NCBI GenBank assembly: GCA_963665275.2
Contig: CAXXIN010000015.1
Location: forward strand, 32,001-96,000
Direction of reading: 5' to 3'
DNA: 64,000 nucleotides
Source of the DNA: Negativicutes bacterium
Lineage (GTDB): Bacteria; Bacillota; Negativicutes; UBA1444
Part shown: in pieces, positions 28,898 through 39,346 of the stretch
Layout: each line of letters begins with the position of its first letter
Numbering within the stretch: the stretch's first letter is position 1
Made by a program: the position numbers and the translations under genes
Notes under the pieces: generated by a model
The model's input: the letters and a program-made list of their open reading frames with translations, nothing else
Database searches by the model: none
Told to the model about the DNA's origin: nothing

Positions 28898-29135
28898 GAG
28901 CTTGGGCCGGTGTCGAACAACCTTCCAGCTATCGACAGGCAGATATCTATGCCAAATAAGTCGACGAATTACCACCTTACCTGTTCCGGCATTTCCATCA
29001 TGAAATTCCGTTATGGTCTCGGAGTATCCGTGGGCTTATTGCCTGTGTATTAATGATTCCCTCCCAATGCTTAGCGCAAGGAACGCCCGGAAGATGCTTC
29101 CGGACGTTCTAAACTCCTATTCTGTTGTCAATCCG

Positions 29136-29447
29136 TTATTTCCCAAGCACAGGTACGTTTCCCTGTGGCCCTGCAGGCATCATCGGATTCATTTTCCCTT
29201 GCTGCATCATCGGGTTGGCTTGATTGCCGCCGTTCATCATCTGATCCATGTTCTTTTTCATTTGATCAGCTTGTTCTTGCGTCAAGATTCCCGCCTTGAC
29301 ATTGGTGTCCAACATCTGCTGTCGCAGTGCCGGGTCAGAGCAAGGCATCCCACTGGGCCCTTGCGCTGCCATCGCTATGCCTGCAACTCCCAGAACGCCA
29401 AGGATCAGAGCCACGGTCAGAATCAAACCTGTTTTTTTATTGAACAT
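29136..29447 (-). CDS. Secreted Met-rich DUF2680-like protein
   Basis: Signal peptide; LD..VKAG.LTQEQAD.MK motif; Met-rich tail. Confidence 0.7.
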   Translation of the reverse strand: MFNKKTGLILTVALILGVLGVAGIAMAAQGPSGMPCSDPALRQQMLDTNVKAGILTQEQADQMKKNMDQMMNGGNQANPMMQQGKMNPMMPAGPQGNVPVLGK

Positions 29448-29477
29448 TTTGTTTTCCCCCTCTTTGTTTATGAGCCA

Positions 29478-29520
29478 ATCATATCAATGAATTATGAAGA
29501 ACTTATGAAGAAGTTGTGAA
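29478..29520 (-). promoter_or_regulatory. Three 11-bp-periodic direct repeats plus an extended -10 (putative OmpR-family operator/promoter)
   Basis: Minus strand TTCACAA-N4-TTCATAA-N4-TTCATAA, then TGATATGAT. Confidence 0.6.
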
Positions 29521-29654
29521 GGACTGATGTTGTTTTTTTACCGTTGATTGTATTGTATTGTGCCTCGTTTTGCACAATGATAAAATGATATTATAAATTA
29601 TCGCAATATTTCGCCAATAATAGCATTTCCCGCTCAAAAGATGGAGGTGAGAAC

Positions 29655-30116
29655 ATGAGTGTCGGTTTTTTAGCAATGCCTCACGTGGTGTTCGGCGTCT
29701 GGGGTCTATTCGTCGCTTTGTGGCTTATCGCTGAAGTCGTCAATATCAGTGAAAAGAATCTGAGCCGAATAAAAACGGCGAGCTGGGTTCAGGCCATTTT
29801 CGAATGGATTTCATTTTTGTCCGGAGGTTGGTGGTATTACACTTACTATGCCTCTGAAAAGGCAATCATCCTCAAAGGATCCTTTCCTCAGGGCCATAAT
29901 TTTTTCATGGAAACCAAGGAACATATTTTTTTGGTTTTGCTGCTACTCAGCACATTCATCCCCATCATTGCCTATCAAAACAACCTGCTCACCAACGCAC
30001 CTGCGCGAAAACTCATCATCGTTACGGCTTCGCTTCTGATTATCCTCGGTTTTGTAATGGAAGGGTCCGGTTCCCTGATCGTGCAGGCAGTAAAAATGGG
30101 CTTGGGAGGTAAATGA
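29655..30116 (+). CDS. Hypothetical membrane protein (about 4 TM)
   Basis: GGAGGTG RBS; hydrophobic helices; His residues (HVVFG, ETKEH). Confidence 0.7.
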   Translation: MSVGFLAMPHVVFGVWGLFVALWLIAEVVNISEKNLSRIKTASWVQAIFEWISFLSGGWWYYTYYASEKAIILKGSFPQGHNFFMETKEHIFLVLLLLSTFIPIIAYQNNLLTNAPARKLIIVTASLLIILGFVMEGSGSLIVQAVKMGLGGK

Positions 30117-30117
30117 C

Positions 30118-30420
30118 ATGTTGAGTAAAATGACGGTTGGTTTTGGTCTGTCAACGGCTGTTATTTCCGTCGCCACGGCTCTCCTACTGATTTTCAAGGA
30201 GACTGCCCCTCCGTTCAAGGCCTGGATGGCTGCGTTGACCACCCACCACTGGGTAACTCATGGAGTATTTGTCGTTGTGGGTTTTATCGTTCTGGGCTTT
30301 GCATTTTCACAGACAGACCTGCAGAAAAAATTTGACGGAGACAACTTATCGAACTACATCATTGGATCCGTAATACTATCCTTCCTGCTGACCTACGGTT
30401 TCTACTCGACACACCTGTAG
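30118..30420 (+). CDS. Hypothetical membrane protein (about 3 TM)
   Basis: GGAGGT RBS; abuts the previous gene; HHWVTHG motif. Confidence 0.7.
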   Translation: MLSKMTVGFGLSTAVISVATALLLIFKETAPPFKAWMAALTTHHWVTHGVFVVVGFIVLGFAFSQTDLQKKFDGDNLSNYIIGSVILSFLLTYGFYSTHL

Positions 30421-30611
30421 ACCACCAGGAAGCGGTCCACTATTTCTCCAAACAGGCATTTTGGTGTTCTCATCCCAAAATCCCATCACTGATCGCCTGT
30501 GGTCTGGGGCGGCGCATTCCATGGAGGGGACTCTTTTTTTATCCAGCGATTTTACGAGGCAAAGCGAGTGATATGGATTCAGAAAGAAATTGATGTGAAG
30601 GAGGAATTTTC

Positions 30612-31985
30612 GTGACGAACCGATGGGCAGTAATCCTTCTGATTGCCTTCTTCTTTGGGCTGACACCTGTCTATGCGGCGAATATTTCCCTTGATCTGCA
30701 GGAAACGATGTGGGAACTCAAACCTGGACTGTCAACAAAGGTATGGAGTTACAATGGCGCAGTACCTGGTTTTCCGATTGTAGTCGCTGAAGGGGAACGA
30801 GTCGTAGTGGATGGCGTCAGCCACCTGCCCGTGACTACGAATATACACTGGCATGGACTCCTGGTCCCCAACGATCAGGACGGTCCCAGCCGGATCATCG
30901 CGCCGGGGGATTCGTTCCACTATGAATTCACAGCAACCGAAGCCGGCACGTACTGGTATCACTCTCATTTTCGCCCGGTACTCACACAGGTCGATATGGG
31001 CCTGTACGCTCCCTTCATTGTGAAAACAGCAACAGACAATCAGTATAGCGGCGATCATGTGCTGATACTCGATGATTGGTATCTGGACTCCAATGGGAAC
31101 CGGCTCTCCGGCACGGCCCGAGGCGATATGGAACGCTATGGCAACATCGAAACCGTAAATGGCAAAACTGGACCTGCGATTGAACCCTTGATTTTTCAGT
31201 CGGGGGAACTGCACAAAATTCGGTTTATCAATGCTTCCACGGCGGCGGTGCACACGCTGCGCATCACGGGTCATCAGTTTCGCGTCACTCACACCGATGG
31301 TCACCCTCTGGTTGAAGACTACTTGACGGATATGGTGACCCTGTCGCCTGGCGAGCGCCTGGACGTAGAAGTGGGAGCTGCCGGTGAGATCGGCAAAAAT
31401 TATGCCATCCAGAGCGACCGCAGCGAATTGGGCCTGCTGGTGCCGATCCGTTATCGGGAAGGCCAGGCGCCTCTGGTTGTCTCGCCTTTCCTGCGTGCTA
31501 CCCCGCGGCCTTTTCCAGGAATCGAAAGTAAAAAACCGGACTTTGTCCTGGAACTGAACTCTGGCATGAACATGGGTGGTATGATGGGCAGCGGTGGCAT
31601 GATGGGCGGACATCAGGGTCATGGGACATCGACGTCAGCGAATAACAGCATGATGCGATGGACCATCAATGGCAAGTCTTTTCCGGATGTCGATCCCCTA
31701 CCGGTTACTGTCGGCCAGGTCGTCAAAGTCCGTTTCTGGAACAAAGACACCATGGGCATGCACAGGATGGACCATCCGATGCACATCCACGGCGCCTATT
31801 TCCAAGTCGTTTCCCTGAACGGACAACGCCCGCCGCGTGAAATGTGGAAAGACACAATTAATGTACCAGCCGGACAATATGTCGACGTGGCCTTTGTGAT
31901 GAAGAATGTGGGGGACTGGATGCTTCACTGCCATATTTTGGACCATGAAGACGGCGGTATGATGACGATGGTCATCGCAAAATAG
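30612..31985 (+). CDS. Multicopper oxidase (CueO/Mco-like) with a Met/His-rich insert
   Basis: HWHG, WYHSH, HPMHIHG and HCHILDHEDGGM copper ligands; MGGMMGSGGMMGGHQGHG insert; signal peptide. Confidence 0.92.
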   Translation: MTNRWAVILLIAFFFGLTPVYAANISLDLQETMWELKPGLSTKVWSYNGAVPGFPIVVAEGERVVVDGVSHLPVTTNIHWHGLLVPNDQDGPSRIIAPGDSFHYEFTATEAGTYWYHSHFRPVLTQVDMGLYAPFIVKTATDNQYSGDHVLILDDWYLDSNGNRLSGTARGDMERYGNIETVNGKTGPAIEPLIFQSGELHKIRFINASTAAVHTLRITGHQFRVTHTDGHPLVEDYLTDMVTLSPGERLDVEVGAAGEIGKNYAIQSDRSELGLLVPIRYREGQAPLVVSPFLRATPRPFPGIESKKPDFVLELNSGMNMGGMMGSGGMMGGHQGHGTSTSANNSMMRWTINGKSFPDVDPLPVTVGQVVKVRFWNKDTMGMHRMDHPMHIHGAYFQVVSLNGQRPPREMWKDTINVPAGQYVDVAFVMKNVGDWMLHCHILDHEDGGMMTMVIAK

Positions 31986-32003
31986 ACAAAGGAGGAAAAC
32001 AGG

Positions 32004-32387
32004 ATGTTCGATTACACAGTTACCAGTCAAAAAGACTTTGACTCCGCAGTGGACAGTCTGAAGCACGCCTTGACCGGTTTCAAGTTCGGCGTACTGTGGG
32101 AACTCGACCTGCCGGCAAAGCTTAAAGAAAAAGGCGTGGAATATCAGGGACAATTCCGCATATTAGAAGTCTGTAATCCTCAGCGAGCGAAAGCCGTATT
32201 GGAAACTAACATCCGGGTGGGATATTTTTTGCCTTGCAAGGTCGTGGTCTATGTTGAAAATGGTGTTACCAAGATTGGTATGCCGCGTCCGTCTGCCCTA
32301 ATCGCGCTTCTTGGCGATAACCGGCTGCAGGAAGAGGCAGCGGAAGTGGAACGCGACCTGATTGCTGCCATCGATCAGGCAAAATAG
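32004..32387 (+). CDS. DUF302 domain protein
   Basis: FGVL...D, ILEVCNP..A and G.FLPCKVVV motifs. Confidence 0.85.
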   Translation: MFDYTVTSQKDFDSAVDSLKHALTGFKFGVLWELDLPAKLKEKGVEYQGQFRILEVCNPQRAKAVLETNIRVGYFLPCKVVVYVENGVTKIGMPRPSALIALLGDNRLQEEAAEVERDLIAAIDQAK

Positions 32388-32444
32388 CGAAATCGCCAGC
32401 GATGGACACCAGCGGCTGTAACAGGAACCGGCATAACGGCTCAG

Positions 32445-32479
32445 GCAAAAGCCCTCTCGCTCATGGAGAGGGCTTTTGC
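32445..32479. terminator. Probable intrinsic terminator
   Basis: GCAAAAGCCCTCTC-N7-GAGAGGGCTTTTGC, perfect 14-bp stem. Confidence 0.7.
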
Positions 32480-32535
32480 ACAGATGGGTCGAATTGTGAA
32501 ATATACGAGATATCTTAAAACAAAACCATAATGAG

Positions 32536-33240
32536 GTGACCACCATGCCGCAAAACTCGGTCCTATTGGTAGATGATGACCCGAAAATCGCCAAATTGCT
32601 ACGAAGTTATTTTGAAAAAGAGGATTATTCCGTTCTCACCGCCTATGACGGAATTACCGCCTTGCAGCTCTATCGCGACAAAAAACCGGACATTCTGGTG
32701 CTCGACCTGATGTTGCCCGGTATGAGCGGGCTGGATGTCTGTCGCCAAATCCGCAAGGAAGGTGAAACGCCCATACTGATGCTGACCGCCCGCGACGAAG
32801 AAACCGACCGACTCATCGGCCTGGAACTTGGCGCGGACGACTATGTGTCCAAACCCTTCAGTCCCAGAGAAGTGGTGGCCCGCGTGAAAGCCATTCTGCG
32901 TCGAACCCGCAAGACCGCAGAAAAAACAGAGCCGTTCCGAATTGGAAAATTCATTATTGACACCGCCGGCTACACGGTCAGTACTGACGAAACCACTCTC
33001 GAGCTTACCCCTACAGAGTACAAAATTTTCGAACTGCTTGCTACTCGTCCGGGGCAAGTTTTAACACGCTTTCAAATAGTCGAACAAATCCAGGGCGTTG
33101 CGTTTGACGGCTACGAACGAACCATCGACGCCCATGTCAAAAATCTGCGCCGCAAAATCGGCGACAATTCAAAGGACCCCAGTATCATCCAGACAGTATA
33201 CGGGGTAGGTTACAAATTTGCCGGTGATGCCCATGCATAG
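32536..33240 (+). CDS. OmpR-family response regulator
   Basis: LLVDDD, LDLMLPG, GADDY..KPFS and winged helix RTIDAHVKNLRRK...TVYGVGY. Confidence 0.93.
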   Translation: MTTMPQNSVLLVDDDPKIAKLLRSYFEKEDYSVLTAYDGITALQLYRDKKPDILVLDLMLPGMSGLDVCRQIRKEGETPILMLTARDEETDRLIGLELGADDYVSKPFSPREVVARVKAILRRTRKTAEKTEPFRIGKFIIDTAGYTVSTDETTLELTPTEYKIFELLATRPGQVLTRFQIVEQIQGVAFDGYERTIDAHVKNLRRKIGDNSKDPSIIQTVYGVGYKFAGDAHA

Positions 33241-34330
33241 CATTACCTCTCGCATTACAGGACTGGTGTTTCTATCGATCCTCTTCACTGTGGTCTTGCT
33301 CGTAACTCTGGCCAACCACCAGATGAGTCTCCATTTTAGCGCCTATCTGGCCGCACAGACTACAGGCATGGGAATGATGTCCATGACGGGGTCGGCGGAG
33401 CAGACATTTCTGGATTCCATCCACCGTTCATTGTATTGGGTTGGTGGAGGCATTCTGCTGGTCGGTTTGTTTGCCAGTTATGTTCTGGCTCGCAGCATCA
33501 CCATCCCCATCCGTAAGTTAGGCGAAGCCTTGTCCACTCTGGAAATGGGTCAGTATGGAAAAACCGTCGCCATTGATTCCCGCAGTGAAGTCGGTAAGCT
33601 GGCTGATGGATTCAACAGGATGTCCCAGTCACTGGCAGAGCAGGTTGCGCTGCGGCGACGCCTGTTGGCGGACGTAGCTCACGAACTGCGGACGCCGCTT
33701 ACCGTCATTCAGGGTAACCTCGAAGGTATGCTCGAAGGAGTCGTCGAGCGAAGTGATGAAACCTTGAACTCCTTACGGGAAGAAACGGATTATCTCAGCC
33801 GCATGATCAAAGATCTGCGCGACCTATCTCTGGCCGAAGCCAGACAATTGGCACTTGAAACCGAAGCAACGGATGTCAGCCTGCTAATCCATCGGGCCGT
33901 CAGCATGCTGGAACCGCTGGCCTTGGAACGGAATGTCTCCCTGCGTGAAGAATTGATGCCAACACCCAATATTTTAATGGACTCCCGTCGAATTAGCCAA
34001 GTGCTCTATAACCTGTTGACCAACGCCATCCGTTACACGCCGGAAAATGGCGAAGTTAGCATCGGTGCCCGGATCGTAGCCCGAAACAACCGAGATTGGC
34101 TGCAAATTGACATCAGCGATAATGGGTGCGGTATTGCAGAGGAAGATCTCCCGTTTGTCTTTGAGCATTTTTACCGTGCGGACAAAGCCCGCGACAAAAA
34201 GAGCGGCGGTTCAGGTATTGGCTTAGCTATCGTAAAACAATTGGTTGAAATTCACGGCGGTTCCGTAGAAGTTCATAGCACATTAGGAAAAGGCAGCCGC
34301 TTTTCTGTTTTGCTGCCGATCATTTCGTGA
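33233..34330 (+). CDS. Sensor histidine kinase (HAMP-HisKA-HATPase, BaeS-like)
   Basis: Two TM helices, DVAHELRTPL, NLLTNAIRY, DNGCGI, F.HFYR and GSGIGLAI; Met/His-rich short sensor loop. Confidence 0.92.
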   Translation: MHSITSRITGLVFLSILFTVVLLVTLANHQMSLHFSAYLAAQTTGMGMMSMTGSAEQTFLDSIHRSLYWVGGGILLVGLFASYVLARSITIPIRKLGEALSTLEMGQYGKTVAIDSRSEVGKLADGFNRMSQSLAEQVALRRRLLADVAHELRTPLTVIQGNLEGMLEGVVERSDETLNSLREETDYLSRMIKDLRDLSLAEARQLALETEATDVSLLIHRAVSMLEPLALERNVSLREELMPTPNILMDSRRISQVLYNLLTNAIRYTPENGEVSIGARIVARNNRDWLQIDISDNGCGIAEEDLPFVFEHFYRADKARDKKSGGSGIGLAIVKQLVEIHGGSVEVHSTLGKGSRFSVLLPIIS

Positions 34331-35108
34331 CAATCGGGAATTTTTCCGCCAACCACTCCAGAATCAAACGGGGTGGGACTTCATAGTTGCCGGTGGCAAC
34401 GTGATCAATCTGTGGTTTTAAAAACAGTTTAGGGCCCGTATATTTTTCATATAGATCACTAGAGCCTTGGATGGGAACGGCCACGTCCTCCAAACCATGT
34501 ATCACTAACAAGGGAGACTTTAGCTGAACTGCATTGCCAAGGGGATCATAATTATTTTCTAGCAGATCTTTCACGAACTGTCCTTCCAGTCTGAATCCTT
34601 TGCCAAAGAAATTCGCGATTGTTTTCCCCGCGACAGATTGCGCCCACAACTCCGCCCCCAGTATGTGCTGGAAGTTGGGAATCGGATAGATCACCGGCGC
34701 GAAGACAATGCGCGCGGCAATGCCCTCATCTGCGGCGCTATGAGTCAATGCAATCAGCCCGCCCAAGCTGTGACCGTAAAGCAGAAGCGGCGAAGCGGAG
34801 AATCGGGGCTGGTTTCTCACCCATGCAAGAACATTGATCAAATCTTCTTTCCAGCCAGTGACGATTGTATCGGTTGGAAAATCGCCGTCACTGTCGCCAG
34901 AGCCGAGATAATCAAAACGAACAACTATATATCCCGAACGTTCCAATTCTTTGGCCAGGTTCAGGGTCAATTGGTTCGCACCGATCTTGTCGCCGGTAAA
35001 ACCATGGCAGCAGACAATAATGGGGGTATCCTTGTTCACCTCATCAGGCATGTGAAGCATTGCCGACAACCGCTTCCCCCGGCTGGGAATCCAGAAATGA
35101 TCTTTCAT
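34320..35108 (-). CDS. Alpha/beta hydrolase
   Basis: CHGFTG, RFDY.G.GDSDG, GHSLGG, IHG..D and DH. Confidence 0.85.
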   Translation of the reverse strand: MKDHFWIPSRGKRLSAMLHMPDEVNKDTPIIVCCHGFTGDKIGANQLTLNLAKELERSGYIVVRFDYLGSGDSDGDFPTDTIVTGWKEDLINVLAWVRNQPRFSASPLLLYGHSLGGLIALTHSAADEGIAARIVFAPVIYPIPNFQHILGAELWAQSVAGKTIANFFGKGFRLEGQFVKDLLENNYDPLGNAVQLKSPLLVIHGLEDVAVPIQGSSDLYEKYTGPKLFLKPQIDHVATGNYEVPPRLILEWLAEKFPIVTK

Positions 35109-35203
35109 GTGTACTCCTCCTGATCTTTCGATTCAAAATACTTCACTTCTACACTGATATGCAAATACCCTCCAACTCTGCAACAAGTCAAACTCGATGA
35201 AAA

Positions 35204-35250
35204 GGGGACTGTCTCAAAATAGGTTTCCAAACCTACTTGAGCCAGCCCCC
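35204..35250. repeat. Palindromic REP/MITE-like element, copy 1 (also terminator-like)
   Basis: GGGGACTGTCTCAAAATAGGTTT-CC-AAACCTACTTGAGCCAGCCCC; a related copy lies at 60150-60193. Confidence 0.6.
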
Positions 35251-35279
35251 TTTTTTGCTATCCCGAACCTTGACCGAAG

Positions 35280-35660
35280 TTAGTCTAAAACCGCAATGGC
35301 CTCAATCTCCACCACGGCGCCTTTAGGCAGACCGCCCACCTCGACGGTGGACCGAGCCGGTGGATTGACTTTGAAAAACTCAGCGTACACTTCATTCATG
35401 GCCGCAAAGTTTTTCAGATCCGATAAGAACACGGTAGTTTTCACGACTTGATCCATTGAGCAGCCTGCCGCCTGCAAAACAGCCGCCAAGTTGGTGAGCG
35501 ATTGCTTGGTCGCAGCCGCAATATCAGTGACTAACTCGCCTGTTGCCGGATTGACCGGGATTTGGCCGGAGACAAACACCATGCCGCCTGCCTTAATACC
35601 CTGAGCGTATGGACCAATGGCCGCCGGAGCCAGTTCCGTCGCAATTTGAGTGTTTTTCAT
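35280..35660 (-). CDS. ridA: RidA family enamine/imine deaminase
   Basis: APAAIGPY.Q, SGQIP, VVKTTVFL, MN.VY..FF, PPARS and VEIEAIA; real start MKNTQ at 35660 with GGGAGG RBS. Confidence 0.92.
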   Translation of the reverse strand: MKNTQIATELAPAAIGPYAQGIKAGGMVFVSGQIPVNPATGELVTDIAAATKQSLTNLAAVLQAAGCSMDQVVKTTVFLSDLKNFAAMNEVYAEFFKVNPPARSTVEVGGLPKGAVVEIEAIAVLD

Positions 35661-35700
35661 AGTCGTTTCCTCCCATTCACATGTGGCGAACGCCGCTGCC

Positions 35701-38700
35701 TCAAGCCTTGAGTCCAGCGAGTTTGCGGTAATTTTCCAGTCTTTCTTTCGCATCCTCTTCGGTCTTGACGAACAAGGCCTCGGACTGCTCGGGGTATTGT
35801 TTTTTGCAGAGAAGAGTATCGTACTTCGCCCATCAGAAACTCGCGGAAGCTCGCCGTCGGCTCTTTTGAATCGAGTACGAACGGATTGGTTCCCTTCTCC
35901 TTCAATTCGGGGTTGTATCGATATAGGCCCCAATAGCCGCATTCGACCGCCCGTTTTGATTCGGCCTGACTGCAGCCCATGCCGGCCTTCAATCCGTGAT
36001 TGATGCACGGCGAGTAAGCGATGATGAGCGACGGTCCCGGATAGGCCTCCGCCTCGGCAATGGCTTTTAGGGTCTGGGCCTTATCAGCCCCCATGGCGAT
36101 TTGAGCGACATAGACATAGCCGTAGCTCATGGCGATCATGCCCAGGTCTTTCTTCTTGGTCTTCTTGCCGCTGGCGGCAAATTTGGCGATGGCCGCGGTC
36201 GGAGTCGCCTTGGAGGACTGACCGCCGGTATTGGAGTACACTTCGGTATCGAACACCAGCACGTTGACGTTCTCACCCCGACGCCAGCACGTGGTCCAGT
36301 CCGCCGAAGCCGATGTCATAGGCCCAACCGTCGCCGCCGAACAGCCAGTGCGAGCGTTTGACCAAGAAATCCCTGTTTTCATAAATGTCATTGAGCAGCG
36401 CATCGCTACCTTTGATTTTTTCCAGGGCGGCAATGAAACGATCGGCGCGCTCCCGAGTCCCGGTGCTGTTATCCTGATTGCTCAGCCAATCACTGCAGGC
36501 TGCCTTGAATTCCGCATCCAGATCCAGCGCCGCAGCCTGCTGGATTTTCTGGGCCAGCTGCCTGCGCAGTTGTTTCACGCCCACCATCATTCCCAGGCCG
36601 TATTCGGCATTGTCTTCAAACAGTGAATTCCCCCAGGCCGGTCCGTGGCCGAGATGGTTCGTCGTATAGGGGATGGCCGGCGCGCTGCCGGTCCAGACGG
36701 ACGAGCAACCGGTGGCGTTGGCGATCATCAGCCGGTCGCCGAACAACTGCGTCACGAGTTTGGCGTAGCCTGTCTCCAGACAACCGCCGCAAGCGCCCGA
36801 GAATTCGAGCAGCGGTTGTTCGAACTGGCTGCCTTTCACGGTAAAGAGGCTCATGGGATTCGGCTTGGGTGCGAGGTTTATCGCATAGTCCCACAGGGAA
36901 TCCTGATGCCGTTGGGTGTCCAGCGGCTTCATTTCCAGCGCTTTTTCCTTGGCCGGGCATACCTCGGCGCAGTTGCCGCAACCGGTGCAATCATTGACAG
37001 AGACAGCCAACCTGAACTGCAGGTCTTTGGCGCCGATCGCCGGTTTGGCGTTAAAGCCTGCCGGGGCAGCCGCCATTTCCGCCGCATTGACCAGTATCGG
37101 ACGAATGCAGGCGTGAGGGCAGACGAAGGAACACTGGTTGCACTGAATGCATTTGTCCATCTGCCATTCCGGCACGTTGATGGCGATGCCGCGTTTTTCA
37201 TAGGCGGACGAGCCCAATGGGAAGGTTCCGTCTTCCTGACCGACGAAGGCGCTGACCGGCAGTTTGTCACCTTCCTGGCGATTCATCGGTACGAGAATGT
37301 TGGTGATGAATTCCGGCGCCGCTTTTTGGCTTTCGCTACTGCAGGCGCAGGCGAACTTGGCTTGGTCGGCCGTCGTATCGGTCGCCGCTTTCCAAGCTGC
37401 CGGCGGCTCAATCTTAATCAAGGCATCCATCCCCTGAATAATGGCGGCATTATTCATCTCAATGACCTTGCTGCCTTTTTTGCCATAGGAGCTGACGACT
37501 GCGTCCTTCAGGTATTGGAGAGCTTTCTCCTGGGGAATGATGTCCGCCAGCTTGAAGAAGGCTGACTGCATGAGGATGTTGAAGCGTCCGCCGAGGCCGA
37601 GATCCTGAGCGAGTTTCACCGCGTTGATGATGTAGAACTGAATGTTCTTTTCGGCGATGAACTGCTTCATGCTGCCTGGCAGTTTTTCATCCAGTTCTTC
37701 GGCTGTCCAGGTCGTGTTCAGCAGGAAAGTCCCGCCGGGTTTCAGCCCTTCCAGCAGATCGTATTTGTCTACATAGGACTGCTGGGAACAGGAAATGAAA
37801 TCCGCTTTGTTGATGAGGTACGGCGCTTTGATCTGTTGGTTGCCAAAACGCAGATGTGATACGGTAATGCCGCCGGATTTCTTGGAATCGTAGGCGAAAT
37901 ACGCCTGTGCATACATGTCGGTTTTGTCTCCGATGATTTTGATTGCGCTCTTGTTGGCTCCGACCGTTCCATCGGCGCCCAGTCCCCAGAATTTGCAGGC
38001 GGTTGTTCCTGGAGCTGTCACGTCGATATCTTGTCCGAGGGACAATGAGGTGTAATTGACATCATCGATGATCCCTACGGTGAAGTTGTCTTTGGGCTGG
38101 CTCAGTTTCAGGTTGTCAAACACTTCCTGAATATGGCCGGGGATGATGTCTTTGCCGCCGACGCCGCAGCGTCCGCCGACGATGAGGGGTTGATGTTCCT
38201 TGCCATAGAAAGCGGTCTTGACATCCATGTACAGCGGTTCAGCCTGGGAACCCATCTCCTTGGTCCGGTCGAGAACAGCGATCCGCTGCACGGTTTTGGG
38301 AATGTGTTTGAAGAAATGCTCCAGAGAGAACGGCCGATAGAGATGAACAGTGAGGAGACCGACCTTCTCGCCGCGGGCATTGAGGTAATCCACCACTTCT
38401 TCGATGGTTTCACACATGGAACCCATGGCGACGATCAAACGATCCGCATCCGGCGCACCGTGATAGTTGAACAGGTGGTATTCACGGCCGGTGAGTGAGT
38501 TGATTTGGGCCATATAGTCTTCCACGATGTCCGGCAGATCCTTCCAGAAGCGATTGGAAACTTCCCGTTGTTGGAAGTGGATGTCCGGATTCTGCACGGT
38601 GCCGCGCAATACCGGATGATCCGGGTTGAGGGCTCCGCGGCGGAACGCATTCACCGCATCCCAGTCCATCAGTTTCTCCAGTTCGTCATATTCAAGAACT

Positions 38701-39260
38701 TCGATCTTTTGCACTTCATGAGAAGTCCGGAAGCCGTCAAAGAAATTGAGGAAGGGAACCCGTCCCTTGATCGCCGACAGATGGGCCACAGCCGCCAAAT
38801 CCATGACTTGTTGCACGCTGCTTTCGGCGAGCATGGCAAAGCCGGTCTGCCTCGTTGCCATTACGTCGGAATGGTCTCCGAATATACTGATCGCATTGGC
38901 GCCGATGACGCGGGCACTAACATGAAATACGCCGGGAAGAAGTTCGCCGGCAATCTTGTACATGTTGGGAATCATCAGCAGCAAGCCTTGCGACGCCGTA
39001 TAGGTCGTCGTCAATGCGCCTGCTTGCAACGAACCGTGCACAGCACCGGCAGCACCGCCTTCCGACTGCATTTCCACAACCTGAACGGTCTGCCCGAATA
39101 TATTCTTCCTTCCTTGTGCTGACCACTCATCGGTACTTTCAGCCATGTTGGACGAAGGGGTGATTGGAAAAATGGCGGCAACGTCGGTAAACGCGTAAGA
39201 TACATGAGCTGCCGCAGTATTTCCGTCCATTGTCTTCATTTTTCTTTTGTTTTTTGTCAT
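35701..39260 (-). CDS. nifJ: Pyruvate:ferredoxin (flavodoxin) oxidoreductase, with two apparent +1 frameshifts
   Basis: DGNTAAA, FPITPSS, EMQSEGGAAG, two 4Fe-4S motifs, GACGGC, GGDGWAYDIG. Removing one base at C4 36276-36279 and one at T6 35800-35805 restores ...DTEVYSNTGGQ...YPEQSEALFVKTEEDAKERLENYRKLA* (stop 35701-35703). Confidence 0.9.
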
Positions 39261-39346
39261 TAAAACACTCTCCCATTCCGTTTATTGACTGTAACTATTA
39301 TACTACATCCATAAGGCGTTTAATTTTTGTGTTTAATTTTTCCTAT

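Noticed and set aside
35661-36008. Long N-terminal extension on RidA (242-aa ORF)
   Set aside because: It is an alternative frame of the PFOR 3' end; RidA has its own GGGAGG RBS and ATG at 35660.
36273-36275. In-frame TGA in PFOR as possible selenocysteine or readthrough
   Set aside because: The conserved sequence continues in a different frame (GENVNVLVFDTEVYSNTGGQ), so this is a +1 frameshift, not recoding.
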